Shown here in pieces: positions 9,149 through 19,927 of a stretch of DNA of 64,000 nt. Position 1 is the first letter of the stretch; each line of letters begins with the position of its first letter. The translations under genes and the position numbers were made by a program. Origin of the DNA: an uncultured Bacteroidales bacterium (GTDB lineage Bacteria; Bacteroidota; Bacteroidia; Bacteroidales; VadinHA17); contig CAWEYU010000015.1 in assembly GCA_963813405.1 (NCBI GenBank), forward strand, positions 37,124 to 101,123, read 5' to 3'. The notes under the pieces are model-generated. The model did no database searches and was not told where the DNA came from. It saw nothing but the letters and a program-made list of their open reading frames with translations.

Positions 9149-12100
9149 CTATTTATTTTTGATTTTTGCCTCTTCAGGCTTTTTTGCAGGACTTTTCTGT
9201 TTTTTTCTGAACAGATCCATGAGTTTATTGAAGTCCTCCCTGTAGAAGAGGCCTACTCCCTGGGTATACTGAACCCCATTACTATTATCAAAATAGAAGT
9301 TGTCGTTTGACCTGTTAAAGACTTTAAATCGTAATTTTTCGGAATTTTTAAATATTTTGTAATCAAGATAAGCTGCTCCGCTTAACTGTCTGTTTCCTGC
9401 AGTTGAACCAACTACTGACTGGTTTCCTCCATAGTCAAAATTGCCGTTTATTGTTACCCTGTCGTTCAGTATCTGGGTAGAGAGAGCAAACTCAAATTCC
9501 TGTGAATTAGGTAATTCAGTAGAACCAGGCCTGTAGGCAATGTTGATATCAACATCCCTGCTGATTTGAGATAGCCAGTTACTAACCTGATTTGAAAGCA
9601 TTTCAGTAGTAGTAACGCCAACGGTTGCTGATCCGATATTGGCACTATTTTGAGATGTTCCTGTCATAAGCAAGGGATCGGCATAAAAACTGTTCATTAC
9701 CAGCAGGAAAAGAACCTGCCGGCTCATCTCTTCATCAGTTTTTATCATGCTTTTTAAGTAAGCTCTTGTTTCTTCATTGGCTGTAGGCAGATAAATGTCA
9801 AATGCCACCATAGGATTGTAAAGATTTCCAGAAAGATTAAGCCAAACTTCAACCGGAATCTTTTCCTTGAGTTTTGCCTCGTCAACCATTCCCATTCCAG
9901 CCATTATATCATATAATTTAGCTTTTGTCTTGTAAATTGCTTTTATGTCAATTTCTGCATCCTTGACATTTCCACTGAATGAAATCTTTCCGCCATTCTG
10001 AACGGTAAATTTTTTATTCAGCAAACCTCCGACAGTAAAAAGATAATCGCCATCATTAATCAGATAATCTCCGTTAATCTTGAATTCTCCCGTTCTGTTG
10101 AGACTTATATTAAGGTTCCCGGTTCCTGTTCCTCTCATTTTGTCTCCTGCTTTCGCATCAAAAATAATCTGAACCTCAGCTTCAGGAGTTACTTCCAGGT
10201 CGAAGTTCATATCAAAAGCAGTTTTTGTCTGACCGGCAGACACGCTTTTCAGAATTTTTCCTGCAGTACTATCTTTATTTTTATCAACAAAATTTATGAA
10301 TGATCTGTCTGAAACCGATAAGCCTTTGCTCAGAGGGATAAAAAACCTGGTATCCTTACCGGTCTTTGCGGAGATATCGAATGATAACCCTTCACTATTG
10401 CTCCTGATCGTAGTAATACCAGATCCATATGCTGTACCATAATAAAGTTCATTGTCTTTAGGTTTCGTATTAAGAATCATGAAATCATTTGAGGATGGAA
10501 TTGTTATTGTCAGATCGACTGAAAAATTCTTAAAGTACCTGTGTGATACCTCACCACTTACGAAAGCAACATTACGTTTTTCATCGAATGACTTAATATT
10601 ATTGAATATTATACCTGATCTGGTAAACCTTATACTATCGTTAAATGTGTATCTTGTTTGCAGATAATCAATTTTCATTGAGACATTTTCTCCCATAAGA
10701 GCTCCGGTGAGAACAGGTTTATTAAAATTCCCGGAAAAGTTTACTTTCCCGCTGGCGGTACCTGTAATTCCGGATGCAAATATTTTGAGTAACGGATTCA
10801 GGATATCAACCGGTAGCTTGTCAGCTTTAGCCGTAAGATCGACATTTGCTGTTACAGGATCAAAGAAGCCAAAGATATCGAGCATCTTTTTACCTTCAAA
10901 ATTGTTACTGGCAGTTATATCAGCAACTTTCTTGCTGTTATTCCATTCTGATACTATATTAATCTCGCCGAAATGGTCACCCAGGATCCTGAAATCTTTA
11001 ACCTTAATATCACTTTCAAACATAAAATTCTTATACACATTCGTTAGACTGATCCTGCCGTTTAGTATTCCTCCAAGTGCAAGATGAATCATATTTGGAT
11101 CATTTCCCTGTCTCTTTTCATAAAGCATATTCAGAGGATCTATGCTAATTCCGTTGAAATCCATCTGCAGTGTATCATATGGATTTGAAGATATAGCACC
11201 ATCTATAAGGAAATAGTTATCATTATTCCGGAAGCTTAGCTTATCAAATTTTATGGAGTTTGAATCGATCTTTATAACTGCAGGAGCGATCTTCCATAGA
11301 TTGTCGCGGATATAAACATCTGCCGACCGGAGTCCGATGGTGAGAATAGTTTTCTTTTGAAGCGTTGAATCCTTTTCAAAACTGCCTTCAGCTACAAGAG
11401 ATCCTTTATTAATCGGTTTCTCTTTATTGTCCCAATCAAGATTAAATCGAAACCTGTTCGGGACGCTATTAAATGTCAGATCCAGATCTTTTATTTCTGA
11501 GAGACCTACGATGTTTAAAGATGTACTCTTAATATTAACCTTTGATACTGAATCTTGGGAACTTCCTTCGACAGATAAATTATTGAATTTGTTGTTGTTA
11601 ATAGAAAAGAGACTGGCAGTTGCCACAACTGAGATTATACTGTCAGTGGTGAATGAACCTTTTATCAGACTGTTTTCCGAAAGCGATATTCCAGTATTGA
11701 AAAACTTATTCAGGTTATCTGTGTTTTTGAATTTGATATCGAAAACAAAATTATTATCATTCACTTTTCCTTCAGTTCTTGGCTTTTCAAACCTTGAAGG
11801 CATAAGCAAGGCAAGTTTTCTTTTGATAGTTTTTTCAATTCCTGCAAAATTATAACGACCATAAAGATTTGCATCCAGAAAATCCGTCCGTATGCTAATG
11901 GCCGGAAGATTATTCGTGATGAATGTTTTTACGGAAAAATCATAAATATTGAGGACATTACCCTTCCTTCTGAGATTCGAATTCAGGAGTTTGATCTCAC
12001 CGTCGAGATTGTCTATACTGTTTCCTTTGAAGTTAGCGGTCATCAATAATGTAACAGAGGTAGAGCTATCTGATTTAAAAAGATTGAGTCTGTACAGGTT

Positions 12101-13687
12101 TGCTTTGAGCAGATTCAACGTAAAGTCAAATTCCGGCAATTTCTTACTAAAATCGAACATACCCAGCAATTCCATATGAATATTCTCATCTTCAACCTTA
12201 ATATTACCATCCCATGCCTTATCGGTAAAAAGGCCAGTAAGTGCTATATTTCTGTACTTGTAATTATTTATCTCCACACTATCAATTCTTGCGGTCAGAT
12301 TCAACGCAAACTTTTTAAAGGAGGAGGTGGCAGTACCGTTAATATTTGCCTCCATGCTAAGACCGCCGAATAATTGCGGCTTATCGGTTATGCTTCCCAG
12401 GTCAATTGCTGACCCCCGGATAAGCCCTTTGACATTGTAACTGCCAGTACGTGACGGGCGCAAGGATATATCAGTTGAAATGATACCATTCTTGGTGTTT
12501 ATTTTTGCATAAGTAACAAAGTCAGTAATAAAACCTGTAAATGTTCCTGAGAAGGAAACAACACCAAGTTTACGAAGTTCTTCCGGAAGCACAAGATTTC
12601 CTCTGCCTGGGATTTTTATCTGTTCCACATCTTTTGAAATACTTCTGAAATCAGTTACATCAATAAACATAAACGTCTTTTCAATATCGGGCAGTCCTGA
12701 AAAATCAAAATCGCAATCCAGGTTTGTCTCATCCTTATATGTAGCCTTAATGTGCCGGCCTTTAAGTTCAGCTACGGTACCTGTAACATCTCCTGAGAGC
12801 CAAATGGATTCGTTATAATCCTTGAGTTTGCCGACAAAATATTTCAGATCATTAGAATTGACAAGAGATTTATTAAGTGATATATCCAGTTTTACTTCTT
12901 CGGTAAATCTTCTGAACGAGGCTACTGAGTCGGCCAGTATCCCAACTCGATTCGCATTTATAATGCTGCTGTCGCACAACACACTCGAATTTCTGAAAAT
13001 TATGTTTTGATTATGCACAAGAAGGCTGCTGCTTAACTTCTTCACAATAAATCCGGTTGATTCCCTGAAGCCAAGATTATATATATCAAGTTTGGTAGAA
13101 TCTTTAAAATTATTAAGGTTTTCAACTATTGCATTAATCTCCGCTATTCTGAGATTATTGAAATCAATCGGAGTTTTTGTGGGACGTGAATATTTGTTAA
13201 TAAGTAAGAATCGGCCATCACTTATATCGATCTGATTAATTTGGAAATAGGGGCTTTTTGTTGAGGTGGTATCTCTTGGTCTTTGAAGCATGTTAAGATA
13301 CCAGTTAAGATTCATCAGACCTGTTGAATCGGTTATAAGTGCGAAAACGGGCTTGATGACAACAACTTTTCCAAGTTTATATGACTTGTTTCTACGGCTT
13401 ATCTGCCGGATCCCTGCAGTTATTCTTTGAGCATAAAGCAGAGTGTCGTTATGCTGATCTTTTACTATTAAGTCATTGATCTCGATCTTGTTGAAAAAAA
13501 CTAACCTGATTTTTCCAAAAGACAAGGTCGATTTTGTCTCTTTTGAGATATAGTCTGTAATCTTTTTCAGGATTAAAGTCTGAACTGAAGGTAATCGCAA
13601 GATAAAAATAAGTACTGCGAGGGTCAGTACCAGCACAGCTATGGCGCCTGTTAAAATGTTAAATATTTTTTTAATACTTTTGAGCAT
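9149..13687 (-). CDS. tamB: Translocation/assembly module TamB (AsmA-like/DUF490)
   Basis: 1512 aa; N-terminal TM anchor, beta-rich body, C-terminal ...RFKVFNRSN...YTQGVGLFY; divergent from tsaD. Confidence 0.85.
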   Translation of the reverse strand: MLKSIKKIFNILTGAIAVLVLTLAVLIFILRLPSVQTLILKKITDYISKETKSTLSFGKIRLVFFNKIEINDLIVKDQHNDTLLYAQRITAGIRQISRRNKSYKLGKVVVIKPVFALITDSTGLMNLNWYLNMLQRPRDTTSTKSPYFQINQIDISDGRFLLINKYSRPTKTPIDFNNLRIAEINAIVENLNNFKDSTKLDIYNLGFRESTGFIVKKLSSSLLVHNQNIIFRNSSVLCDSSIINANRVGILADSVASFRRFTEEVKLDISLNKSLVNSNDLKYFVGKLKDYNESIWLSGDVTGTVAELKGRHIKATYKDETNLDCDFDFSGLPDIEKTFMFIDVTDFRSISKDVEQIKIPGRGNLVLPEELRKLGVVSFSGTFTGFITDFVTYAKINTKNGIISTDISLRPSRTGSYNVKGLIRGSAIDLGSITDKPQLFGGLSMEANINGTATSSFKKFALNLTARIDSVEINNYKYRNIALTGLFTDKAWDGNIKVEDENIHMELLGMFDFSKKLPEFDFTLNLLKANLYRLNLFKSDSSTSVTLLMTANFKGNSIDNLDGEIKLLNSNLRRKGNVLNIYDFSVKTFITNNLPAISIRTDFLDANLYGRYNFAGIEKTIKRKLALLMPSRFEKPRTEGKVNDNNFVFDIKFKNTDNLNKFFNTGISLSENSLIKGSFTTDSIISVVATASLFSINNNKFNNLSVEGSSQDSVSKVNIKSTSLNIVGLSEIKDLDLTFNSVPNRFRFNLDWDNKEKPINKGSLVAEGSFEKDSTLQKKTILTIGLRSADVYIRDNLWKIAPAVIKIDSNSIKFDKLSFRNNDNYFLIDGAISSNPYDTLQMDFNGISIDPLNMLYEKRQGNDPNMIHLALGGILNGRISLTNVYKNFMFESDIKVKDFRILGDHFGEINIVSEWNNSKKVADITASNNFEGKKMLDIFGFFDPVTANVDLTAKADKLPVDILNPLLKIFASGITGTASGKVNFSGNFNKPVLTGALMGENVSMKIDYLQTRYTFNDSIRFTRSGIIFNNIKSFDEKRNVAFVSGEVSHRYFKNFSVDLTITIPSSNDFMILNTKPKDNELYYGTAYGSGITTIRSNSEGLSFDISAKTGKDTRFFIPLSKGLSVSDRSFINFVDKNKDSTAGKILKSVSAGQTKTAFDMNFDLEVTPEAEVQIIFDAKAGDKMRGTGTGNLNISLNRTGEFKINGDYLINDGDYLFTVGGLLNKKFTVQNGGKISFSGNVKDAEIDIKAIYKTKAKLYDIMAGMGMVDEAKLKEKIPVEVWLNLSGNLYNPMVAFDIYLPTANEETRAYLKSMIKTDEEMSRQVLFLLVMNSFYADPLLMTGTSQNSANIGSATVGVTTTEMLSNQVSNWLSQISRDVDINIAYRPGSTELPNSQEFEFALSTQILNDRVTINGNFDYGGNQSVVGSTAGNRQLSGAAYLDYKIFKNSEKLRFKVFNRSNDNFYFDNSNGVQYTQGVGLFYREDFNKLMDLFRKKQKSPAKKPEEAKIKNK

Positions 13688-13749
13688 CTGAAAAATAGAT
13701 CTTTACAGACATCAAAATAACCTAAAATATACCGAATATCAAAGAGTTG

Positions 13750-14769
13750 ATGAGCGTGATAATATTGGCAATAGAATCCTCCTGTGATGATACTTCTGCG
13801 GCAGTGGTCAGGGATGGTTATGTTCTTTCAAATCTGATTGCAGGGCAGGAAATCCACCGCTCCTATGGTGGGGTTGTTCCGGAACTGGCATCGCGAGCTC
13901 ATCAGGTTAATATTGTACCGGTAATTGATCAGGCCATAAAAAAAGCAGGGATATTAAAAGAAGAGATATCTGCAGTTGCTTTCACACGGGGACCAGGTTT
14001 ACTCGGATCATTACTTGTTGGAACGTCATTTGCAAAAGGTTTTGCCCTGGCTCGCCATATTCCTCTTATTGAGGTCAATCACCTTCAGGCTCATGTACTT
14101 GCCCACTTCATTCTTGAAAAAGGGAAAGAGGATCAGACTCCATCATTCCCATTTTTGTCCCTTCTTGTTTCCGGTGGTCATACACAGTTGATTGTCGTAA
14201 AAAGCTACTTCGAAATGGAAGTGATCGGCAATACAATTGATGACGCTGCCGGTGAGGCATTTGACAAATGTGGAAAGGTTATGGGTTTATCATATCCGGC
14301 CGGTCCGGTAATTGATGATCTTGCAGCATACGGAAATAAGAATGCTTACAGATTTTCGAAACCGGTTGTCAAGGATCTTGATTTCAGCTTCAGTGGTCTT
14401 AAAACTAATTTTCTCTATTTTTTAAGGGATAGGATCAGGGAGGACCCTGAATTTATTATCAAAAACAAACCTGACATCTGTGCTTCACTTCAACATACAA
14501 TTATCAGCATCCTGGTCAGCAAACTCATTAAGGCTTCAGTACAAACCGGAATAACCGAAGTTGGAATTGCCGGGGGTGTCTCGGCCAATTCGGGACTTCG
14601 TGATGCAATCAGGTTTGAGGCAGCCAGGAGGCACTGGAAGCTCTATTTGCCTCCTCTGAATTATACAACAGATAATGCGGCAATGATTGGAATAACCGGA
14701 TATTATAAATATCTTAGCGGAGATTTTTCCGGGCCGGATATATCACCACTAGCCCGGTTTGAATTATAA
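13750..14769 (+). CDS. tsaD: tRNA N6-threonylcarbamoyltransferase TsaD
   Basis: LAIESSCDDT, GGVVPELASRAH, NHLQAH, VSGGHT, and DDAAGEAFDK motifs. Confidence 0.97.
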   Translation: MSVIILAIESSCDDTSAAVVRDGYVLSNLIAGQEIHRSYGGVVPELASRAHQVNIVPVIDQAIKKAGILKEEISAVAFTRGPGLLGSLLVGTSFAKGFALARHIPLIEVNHLQAHVLAHFILEKGKEDQTPSFPFLSLLVSGGHTQLIVVKSYFEMEVIGNTIDDAAGEAFDKCGKVMGLSYPAGPVIDDLAAYGNKNAYRFSKPVVKDLDFSFSGLKTNFLYFLRDRIREDPEFIIKNKPDICASLQHTIISILVSKLIKASVQTGITEVGIAGGVSANSGLRDAIRFEAARRHWKLYLPPLNYTTDNAAMIGITGYYKYLSGDFSGPDISPLARFEL

Positions 14770-14770
14770 A

Positions 14771-15145
14771 ATGCAGGAAACAAGGATAATACCGACAAAG
14801 AATTCACCGGAGATAATCATGAATCCTGATGGCTTTATTAAGATCAGGGGCCGGTCCATTCATGAGAATGTAGGTTTGTTTTTTAAGCCTGTCTCGAAAT
14901 GGATCAGTGAATATATCGAAAATCCGGTTGACGTTACTTGCGTGGAAATTAAGCTCGAATATTTTAACAGTGCAAGTGCAAAGGTATTTATTCAGCTCCT
15001 TCAGAAACTGACATATGTTCACTTAAAAAACAAGAAACTTATTGTCAACTGGTATTATGAAGATGGGGATGAAGATATTCGTGAAAGGGGAGAGTATTTC
15101 GCATCAATACTTGATATACCATTTAATTTTATTAAAATCACCTGA
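14771..15145 (+). CDS. SiaC family (DUF1987) protein
   Basis: IRGRSIHEN, LEYFNSASAK, and VNWYYEDGDEDIRERGE motifs. Confidence 0.85.
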   Translation: MQETRIIPTKNSPEIIMNPDGFIKIRGRSIHENVGLFFKPVSKWISEYIENPVDVTCVEIKLEYFNSASAKVFIQLLQKLTYVHLKNKKLIVNWYYEDGDEDIRERGEYFASILDIPFNFIKIT

Positions 15146-16298
15146 TCTTATCAAACGCCTGATCGAGGTCTTTTATCAGGCATTCCGCATCATCAAGTCC
15201 TATATAAAACCTTACCAGATTACCGGTATATCCGGTCTTTGTTCTCTCTTCATCGAATGACATTGCCGGAAAAACAAGTGATTCGTGACCACCCCAGGAG
15301 ACGCCTATAAGAAAATGCCTCAGACTGTTGACAAACAATTCCGTTTTTCCCACGTCTGATATATTCATTCTCACAGAAAAGAGACCTGTTGGCTTAATCA
15401 TCTGTTTTACAGCAAGTTCGTGCTGTGGATGATCGGGGGAAAATGGATGAAGTACTTCACTGATTAAAGGATGTTTGCCCAGATAACTGATGACTTTCAG
15501 GGTAGTTTCGGAAATCCGGTCAATTCTTGCCTGGAGTGTCCTCAGACCCCTCAGCATAAGCCAGGCACTAAATGGTGAGATAATTCCACCAAGTCCCTGA
15601 TATTCATTTTTAAATATCCTCGCAATATTTTCAGTCGAACCACATACCATACCTGCAACAATATCGCTGTGGCCTCCCAGATATTTGCTTGCTGAGTGAA
15701 GTACTATATCAACCCCCATTGAAGCCGGAGATTGGGTAAGAGGTGATGAATAGCTGTTATCTATAAGAGTCGTTAGTCCCTTTTCTTTTGCCAGGGCTGC
15801 TACCGCTTCAATATCCTGAAGTTCAAATGTTATCGAATTAGGGCTCTCGAGGTAGATGATCCTGGTGTTTCTTTTGATCGCTTTTGAAAAGTTTTCGGTG
15901 ATCCTGCCATCGACAAAAGTAGTTTCGACTCCAAATCGTGGAAGGAACTTGGTCATAAGCATGTTAGTCCAGCTATAGTTGTTTCTAACGCTTATAATAT
16001 GATCACCGGCATTTACGAATGAAATCAGTGCTGATGAAATTGCAGCCATCCCGCTGGCGAATGCCAGGGCTTCATCAGTTTCTTCGAGTGCTGCGACTTT
16101 TTTGCAAAGAATATCCAGAGTAGGATTATTACCTCTTGAATAAATATGACTTTTCTTCTCATCAGCAATTGCTTTTTTGAGCTCGCCAACATTCCTGAAG
16201 GCGAAATTGCTGGTCTGAAAAACAGGAGGAGTTATCGCGTTATAATAATTTTCTCGTTCCTCACCTAAATGGTTTATTATATAGGATATATCTCTCAT
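15138..16298 (-). CDS. Cys/Met metabolism PLP-dependent enzyme (cystathionine gamma-synthase/lyase or methionine gamma-lyase family)
   Basis: YSRGNNPT, FASGMAA, LESPNS, and HSASKYLGGHSD motifs. Confidence 0.9.
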   Translation of the reverse strand: MRDISYIINHLGEERENYYNAITPPVFQTSNFAFRNVGELKKAIADEKKSHIYSRGNNPTLDILCKKVAALEETDEALAFASGMAAISSALISFVNAGDHIISVRNNYSWTNMLMTKFLPRFGVETTFVDGRITENFSKAIKRNTRIIYLESPNSITFELQDIEAVAALAKEKGLTTLIDNSYSSPLTQSPASMGVDIVLHSASKYLGGHSDIVAGMVCGSTENIARIFKNEYQGLGGIISPFSAWLMLRGLRTLQARIDRISETTLKVISYLGKHPLISEVLHPFSPDHPQHELAVKQMIKPTGLFSVRMNISDVGKTELFVNSLRHFLIGVSWGGHESLVFPAMSFDEERTKTGYTGNLVRFYIGLDDAECLIKDLDQAFDKIR

Positions 16299-16335
16299 GG
16301 TATATAGAATTTTTCAACAAGGAATTTTCTCTTTC

Positions 16336-17646
16336 TTATTTTACATTTTTTCTCTTGAAATAAAGATATACGGGGACACCAAGCGTCAGGAAGCAAAGTC
16401 CGATTCCCATGGGCAGCGGTTCCCTGATTGTAATATTGATTACGAACCAGGTGTTGATAGTAATGAAAATCAGAGGTGTAATCGGGTATCCGAAGGTCTT
16501 ATAGGGCCGTTCCGCATTTTTAAGTTTTTTTCGGAAGATGAATATGCCTGCGGCAGCAAGTGTAAAAAATATCCATTCCACAGAAACGGTATATGTTATA
16601 AGGTCTTCAAAGGTACCCCAGAAAAGAAGCAAGACAACTGACCATGCAGATTGAGCCAGTATTGCATTAACAGGGGTCTTGAACTTTGGATGAACATCTG
16701 CTATCTTCCTGAAAAACAAACCGTCGTCAGCCATTGCGTAGTAGATCCGTGGAGCAGACAGAGTATAAATCCCGATAGTTCCGAGGGTGCTGATGGCTAT
16801 TATCCCGGCCACCAGCATTGCGCCAAACGGAAATACTGTCGAAATGGCTTCTGCAGCAACCTTTTGCGATCCTGCAATTTTTCCTACAGGCAACAGCAGC
16901 ATATAGCTTACATTTACAAGTAAGTAGATCACAATAACAATCAGCGCCCCGGTGATCATTGCTATAGGCACATTCCGTGAAGGATTCTTTGTCTCCCCTG
17001 CAAGGAAGGAGGTATGCTGCCATCCTCCATAAGAAAAGAGTACACCGACAAGGGCAACCCCAAATCCCGATAAACTCGATTCAGATCCGAAACCAAGATT
17101 GAAATTCTTAAAAGAGAGTCCGGAATTCCCAAGGAAAATTCCGGTACCTATTATAATGAGTATCCCGAGAAGTTTCAATCCTGTAAAAACATTTGAAAAG
17201 ATTTCCCCGAACTTTGCCCTGAAAATATTCAGGGCTGTGACTGAGATAATTACCATTATGCTTATGACTATTTTCCCGGTCTCTCCAAGTGGTATGAAAA
17301 AGCTCAGATAATAGGTGAAAGCGAGCGACAGCACAGCAATTGAACCCGATGTAATTACGAGCAGGTACGCCCAGCCGTAGAGGAATCCGAGCCAGCCTCC
17401 GTAAGCCTCTTTTAGAAATACATAAATACCACCAGCCTTTGGAAAGAGTGATCCCAGTTCGCCAAATGTCAGGGCTCCGGTAAGTGTTACAAGTCCTCCG
17501 AGAGCCCAGACTGAAAGGATCAGTCCTGCTGATGGTACAAGACCAGCAATTTTTGAAGGTGTTACAAATATTCCGGATCCGATGCACGATCCGATAGCGA
17601 CCATTATTAACCCATAAAGAGTAAGTTCTTTAGCAAGTTTTGTCAT
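16336..17646 (-). CDS. APC-family amino acid permease (LAT-like)
   Basis: IGSGIFVTP, GGIYVFL, and YGGW motifs; about 12 TM helices. Confidence 0.9.
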   Translation of the reverse strand: MTKLAKELTLYGLIMVAIGSCIGSGIFVTPSKIAGLVPSAGLILSVWALGGLVTLTGALTFGELGSLFPKAGGIYVFLKEAYGGWLGFLYGWAYLLVITSGSIAVLSLAFTYYLSFFIPLGETGKIVISIMVIISVTALNIFRAKFGEIFSNVFTGLKLLGILIIIGTGIFLGNSGLSFKNFNLGFGSESSLSGFGVALVGVLFSYGGWQHTSFLAGETKNPSRNVPIAMITGALIVIVIYLLVNVSYMLLLPVGKIAGSQKVAAEAISTVFPFGAMLVAGIIAISTLGTIGIYTLSAPRIYYAMADDGLFFRKIADVHPKFKTPVNAILAQSAWSVVLLLFWGTFEDLITYTVSVEWIFFTLAAAGIFIFRKKLKNAERPYKTFGYPITPLIFITINTWFVINITIREPLPMGIGLCFLTLGVPVYLYFKRKNVK

Positions 17647-17680
17647 TGATTATTCTTATAATGGGCTCCTCCTTTTTAAA

Positions 17681-18607
17681 TTAATATGCCAGTATCTGGC
17701 TTTTTTCCCTTCCGCTTCCTTTTATCCAGATCTTGTTTTTGTAGACCTCCACAATGGAAAAACTGTTGACCTGTTCAGTCTCAACCATCCCTCTCAGTGT
17801 AACGAAATGGATCATGTTGAAGTTACCGTAGTTTCCTGCATGATTATGGCCACTGAACCAGGCAATTATGTTTTTATAACCCTCAAGAACAGTTAACAGA
17901 TCCGTGTAATTAAGGAGATTATGCTCATTTTCGGGAAAGATGGGGAAATGACATGCGATAAATACCTTTTCGTCATTTCCGGCCGCTGCATTCAGCTGGT
18001 TTGTAAGCCATAATATCTGTTTATTGCTGATTCCTCCGTTCCAGTCCATTCCGTTTATCTCGCCGCTGTTCTTAAGCTTTAGTATATAACTGCGGGCCTC
18101 TTTTATTTTGTTATTGCTGGTTGCGGCATATGTGCTTATTTCATTACCATTAAGAATTATAAACCTGAATTTACCGTAAATGAATGAATAGTAACCTTCC
18201 TTGTTTTCCTTTAGTGGGGGTATTCTCTTTTTTAACCGGGGTTCGACCGAATAATCGTGGTTTCCTGTTACATTATAAATTTTAAGCCCGGCTGCATCAA
18301 GGATCTTACAGACAGGGCCAAATGAGGCAAAGTCTTTTTCAATCATATCGCCCAGATTAATAATAAATGCCGGGCTGTCAATCCTGAAAGATTGTATAGC
18401 TTCCTCCAGTTTTTGAAGTGAAGACCTGTAGTATCTGGTCCCGACAGGATCACAATCGCAGTACTGGATATCAGCGATTAAACCGAATGAAAAGAGAGGC
18501 TTTTGTTCCTGATGTTCCGTCCCGGAACTACTGGTTCTTAATATATCAGGCATACTGATTGAAATAATTATGGCATACAGAAATGCAAATATGAATTTCA
18601 TACTCAT
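17681..18607 (-). CDS. Calcineurin-like metallophosphoesterase resembling Mn-dependent ADP-ribose/CDP-alcohol diphosphatase
   Basis: FGLIADIQYCD, RYYRSSLQKL, NLGD, GNHD, WNGGIS, CHFP, and SGHNH motifs; hydrophobic N-terminus. Confidence 0.8.
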   Translation of the reverse strand: MSMKFIFAFLYAIIISISMPDILRTSSSGTEHQEQKPLFSFGLIADIQYCDCDPVGTRYYRSSLQKLEEAIQSFRIDSPAFIINLGDMIEKDFASFGPVCKILDAAGLKIYNVTGNHDYSVEPRLKKRIPPLKENKEGYYSFIYGKFRFIILNGNEISTYAATSNNKIKEARSYILKLKNSGEINGMDWNGGISNKQILWLTNQLNAAAGNDEKVFIACHFPIFPENEHNLLNYTDLLTVLEGYKNIIAWFSGHNHAGNYGNFNMIHFVTLRGMVETEQVNSFSIVEVYKNKIWIKGSGREKSQILAY

Positions 18608-18642
18608 TATATCAGACGCCTAAAATAAGTAAAATCCGGAGA

Positions 18643-19890
18643 TTAATTTGCCAGCGGATCAGCTACTTTTCCCATAAAGAGGATTGACCTGGTGGTTGTT
18701 TCCCTGATAATATAAATAAATGGGCGATTTACATCTATAATTACCGGATCATTGGGATTGTAGACGGTAGGTTTCATACCTACAACTGTTGCAGCAGCTG
18801 CTTCCGTTCCTTCTTCATTTGTTTCAATAAATGCCTGGTGGAGCACAATATTTATCAGAAGAGGTATATCGGAAATATTGGAAAAATTCGCTGCCTCTGT
18901 AAATGCAATACCCATTCCCATATTCGAAAGGATATCATTTAACTTTTCCTTATAACCGTACTTGAACCTGGGAAGGAAAAGATCGACCTTTTTTCCGGAC
19001 AGGTTATCCTCTATGGTCTTAAATCCATTTTCACTCAAAAGTGTACTTACTGATGTAAGATTATTATTATCGGGCAGTAATATATCCATAACAAAGTTTC
19101 CCTGTCCATACGGGATTTCAGCAACTACAAACCCATCTCCTTTGTAAATTTTGTGAGTTTCGGTCTGGTGCATCGATGGTGTGCTCACATTCGAACCATC
19201 TGGTTTCGTGAAGTTCCTTTCTGTAGTTGCGTTTTTGTCAAACTGAATGTTCCACTTCCCTTTGAAATAGATTGCATTGATTAGAAGCATTACAGTACCA
19301 TTGTCCAGCTTGTCTATCATATTCTTTATCAGACCGTTTGTTTTACTATCAATCCAGGTGTTCATTGCTGCCGGTGCATTAGGGTCAGTAATATCAAAGG
19401 ATTTGGAATCGGCACTATAAGATTCGATAAGGATATCTGTGAATGGTTTTTTAACCACAAATTTCTTTTCAGTCCAGACAGAGTTGGCAATTGAGATAAG
19501 AACACGCTGATCAACAGATAAAAGCGCTGCTGTCAGGTCTTTGAAAGACTGATTCAATTCATCAACATTAATATTCTTCAGCCTGAGAGCTTTTATCATG
19601 GAATCACGAGTTGCTCCACTAGCCCCGTTAAGTGTCATTGAAAGGGCACAGGATAAGCTGAGAGGTGAAATAACAATATTCTTTGAATCAGGGGTACTTT
19701 TCAGCACTCCTCTGAAAATATCGAAAGCGAATGAGTTACCGGATTCAATTAAAGATACCTGTTTTAAGGAAAGATTTATGGGTACAGGTTCTTTCGGAAT
19801 ATTATTGTCTGGTATTTTTTTACAGGAAATGATTATAAAGATTGTCACCAGCAAAACAACGATCCAGGGTTTAAGAGGAATGTTTTTCAT
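18643..19890 (-). CDS. Serpin, probable lipoprotein
   Basis: NAIYFKGKW, hinge EEGTEAAAAT, and NRPFIYIIRE...ILFMGKV; lipobox IISC; likely start 19890. Confidence 0.93.
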   Translation of the reverse strand: MKNIPLKPWIVVLLVTIFIIISCKKIPDNNIPKEPVPINLSLKQVSLIESGNSFAFDIFRGVLKSTPDSKNIVISPLSLSCALSMTLNGASGATRDSMIKALRLKNINVDELNQSFKDLTAALLSVDQRVLISIANSVWTEKKFVVKKPFTDILIESYSADSKSFDITDPNAPAAMNTWIDSKTNGLIKNMIDKLDNGTVMLLINAIYFKGKWNIQFDKNATTERNFTKPDGSNVSTPSMHQTETHKIYKGDGFVVAEIPYGQGNFVMDILLPDNNNLTSVSTLLSENGFKTIEDNLSGKKVDLFLPRFKYGYKEKLNDILSNMGMGIAFTEAANFSNISDIPLLINIVLHQAFIETNEEGTEAAAATVVGMKPTVYNPNDPVIIDVNRPFIYIIRETTTRSILFMGKVADPLAN

Positions 19891-19927
19891 AATGACTTGA
19901 TTTAGGATTATCAATTTTCATTAAAAT

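Noticed and set aside
17668..17674. AAGGAGG upstream of the amino acid permease
   Set aside because: It lies 21 nt from the start codon, too far to act as an SD.
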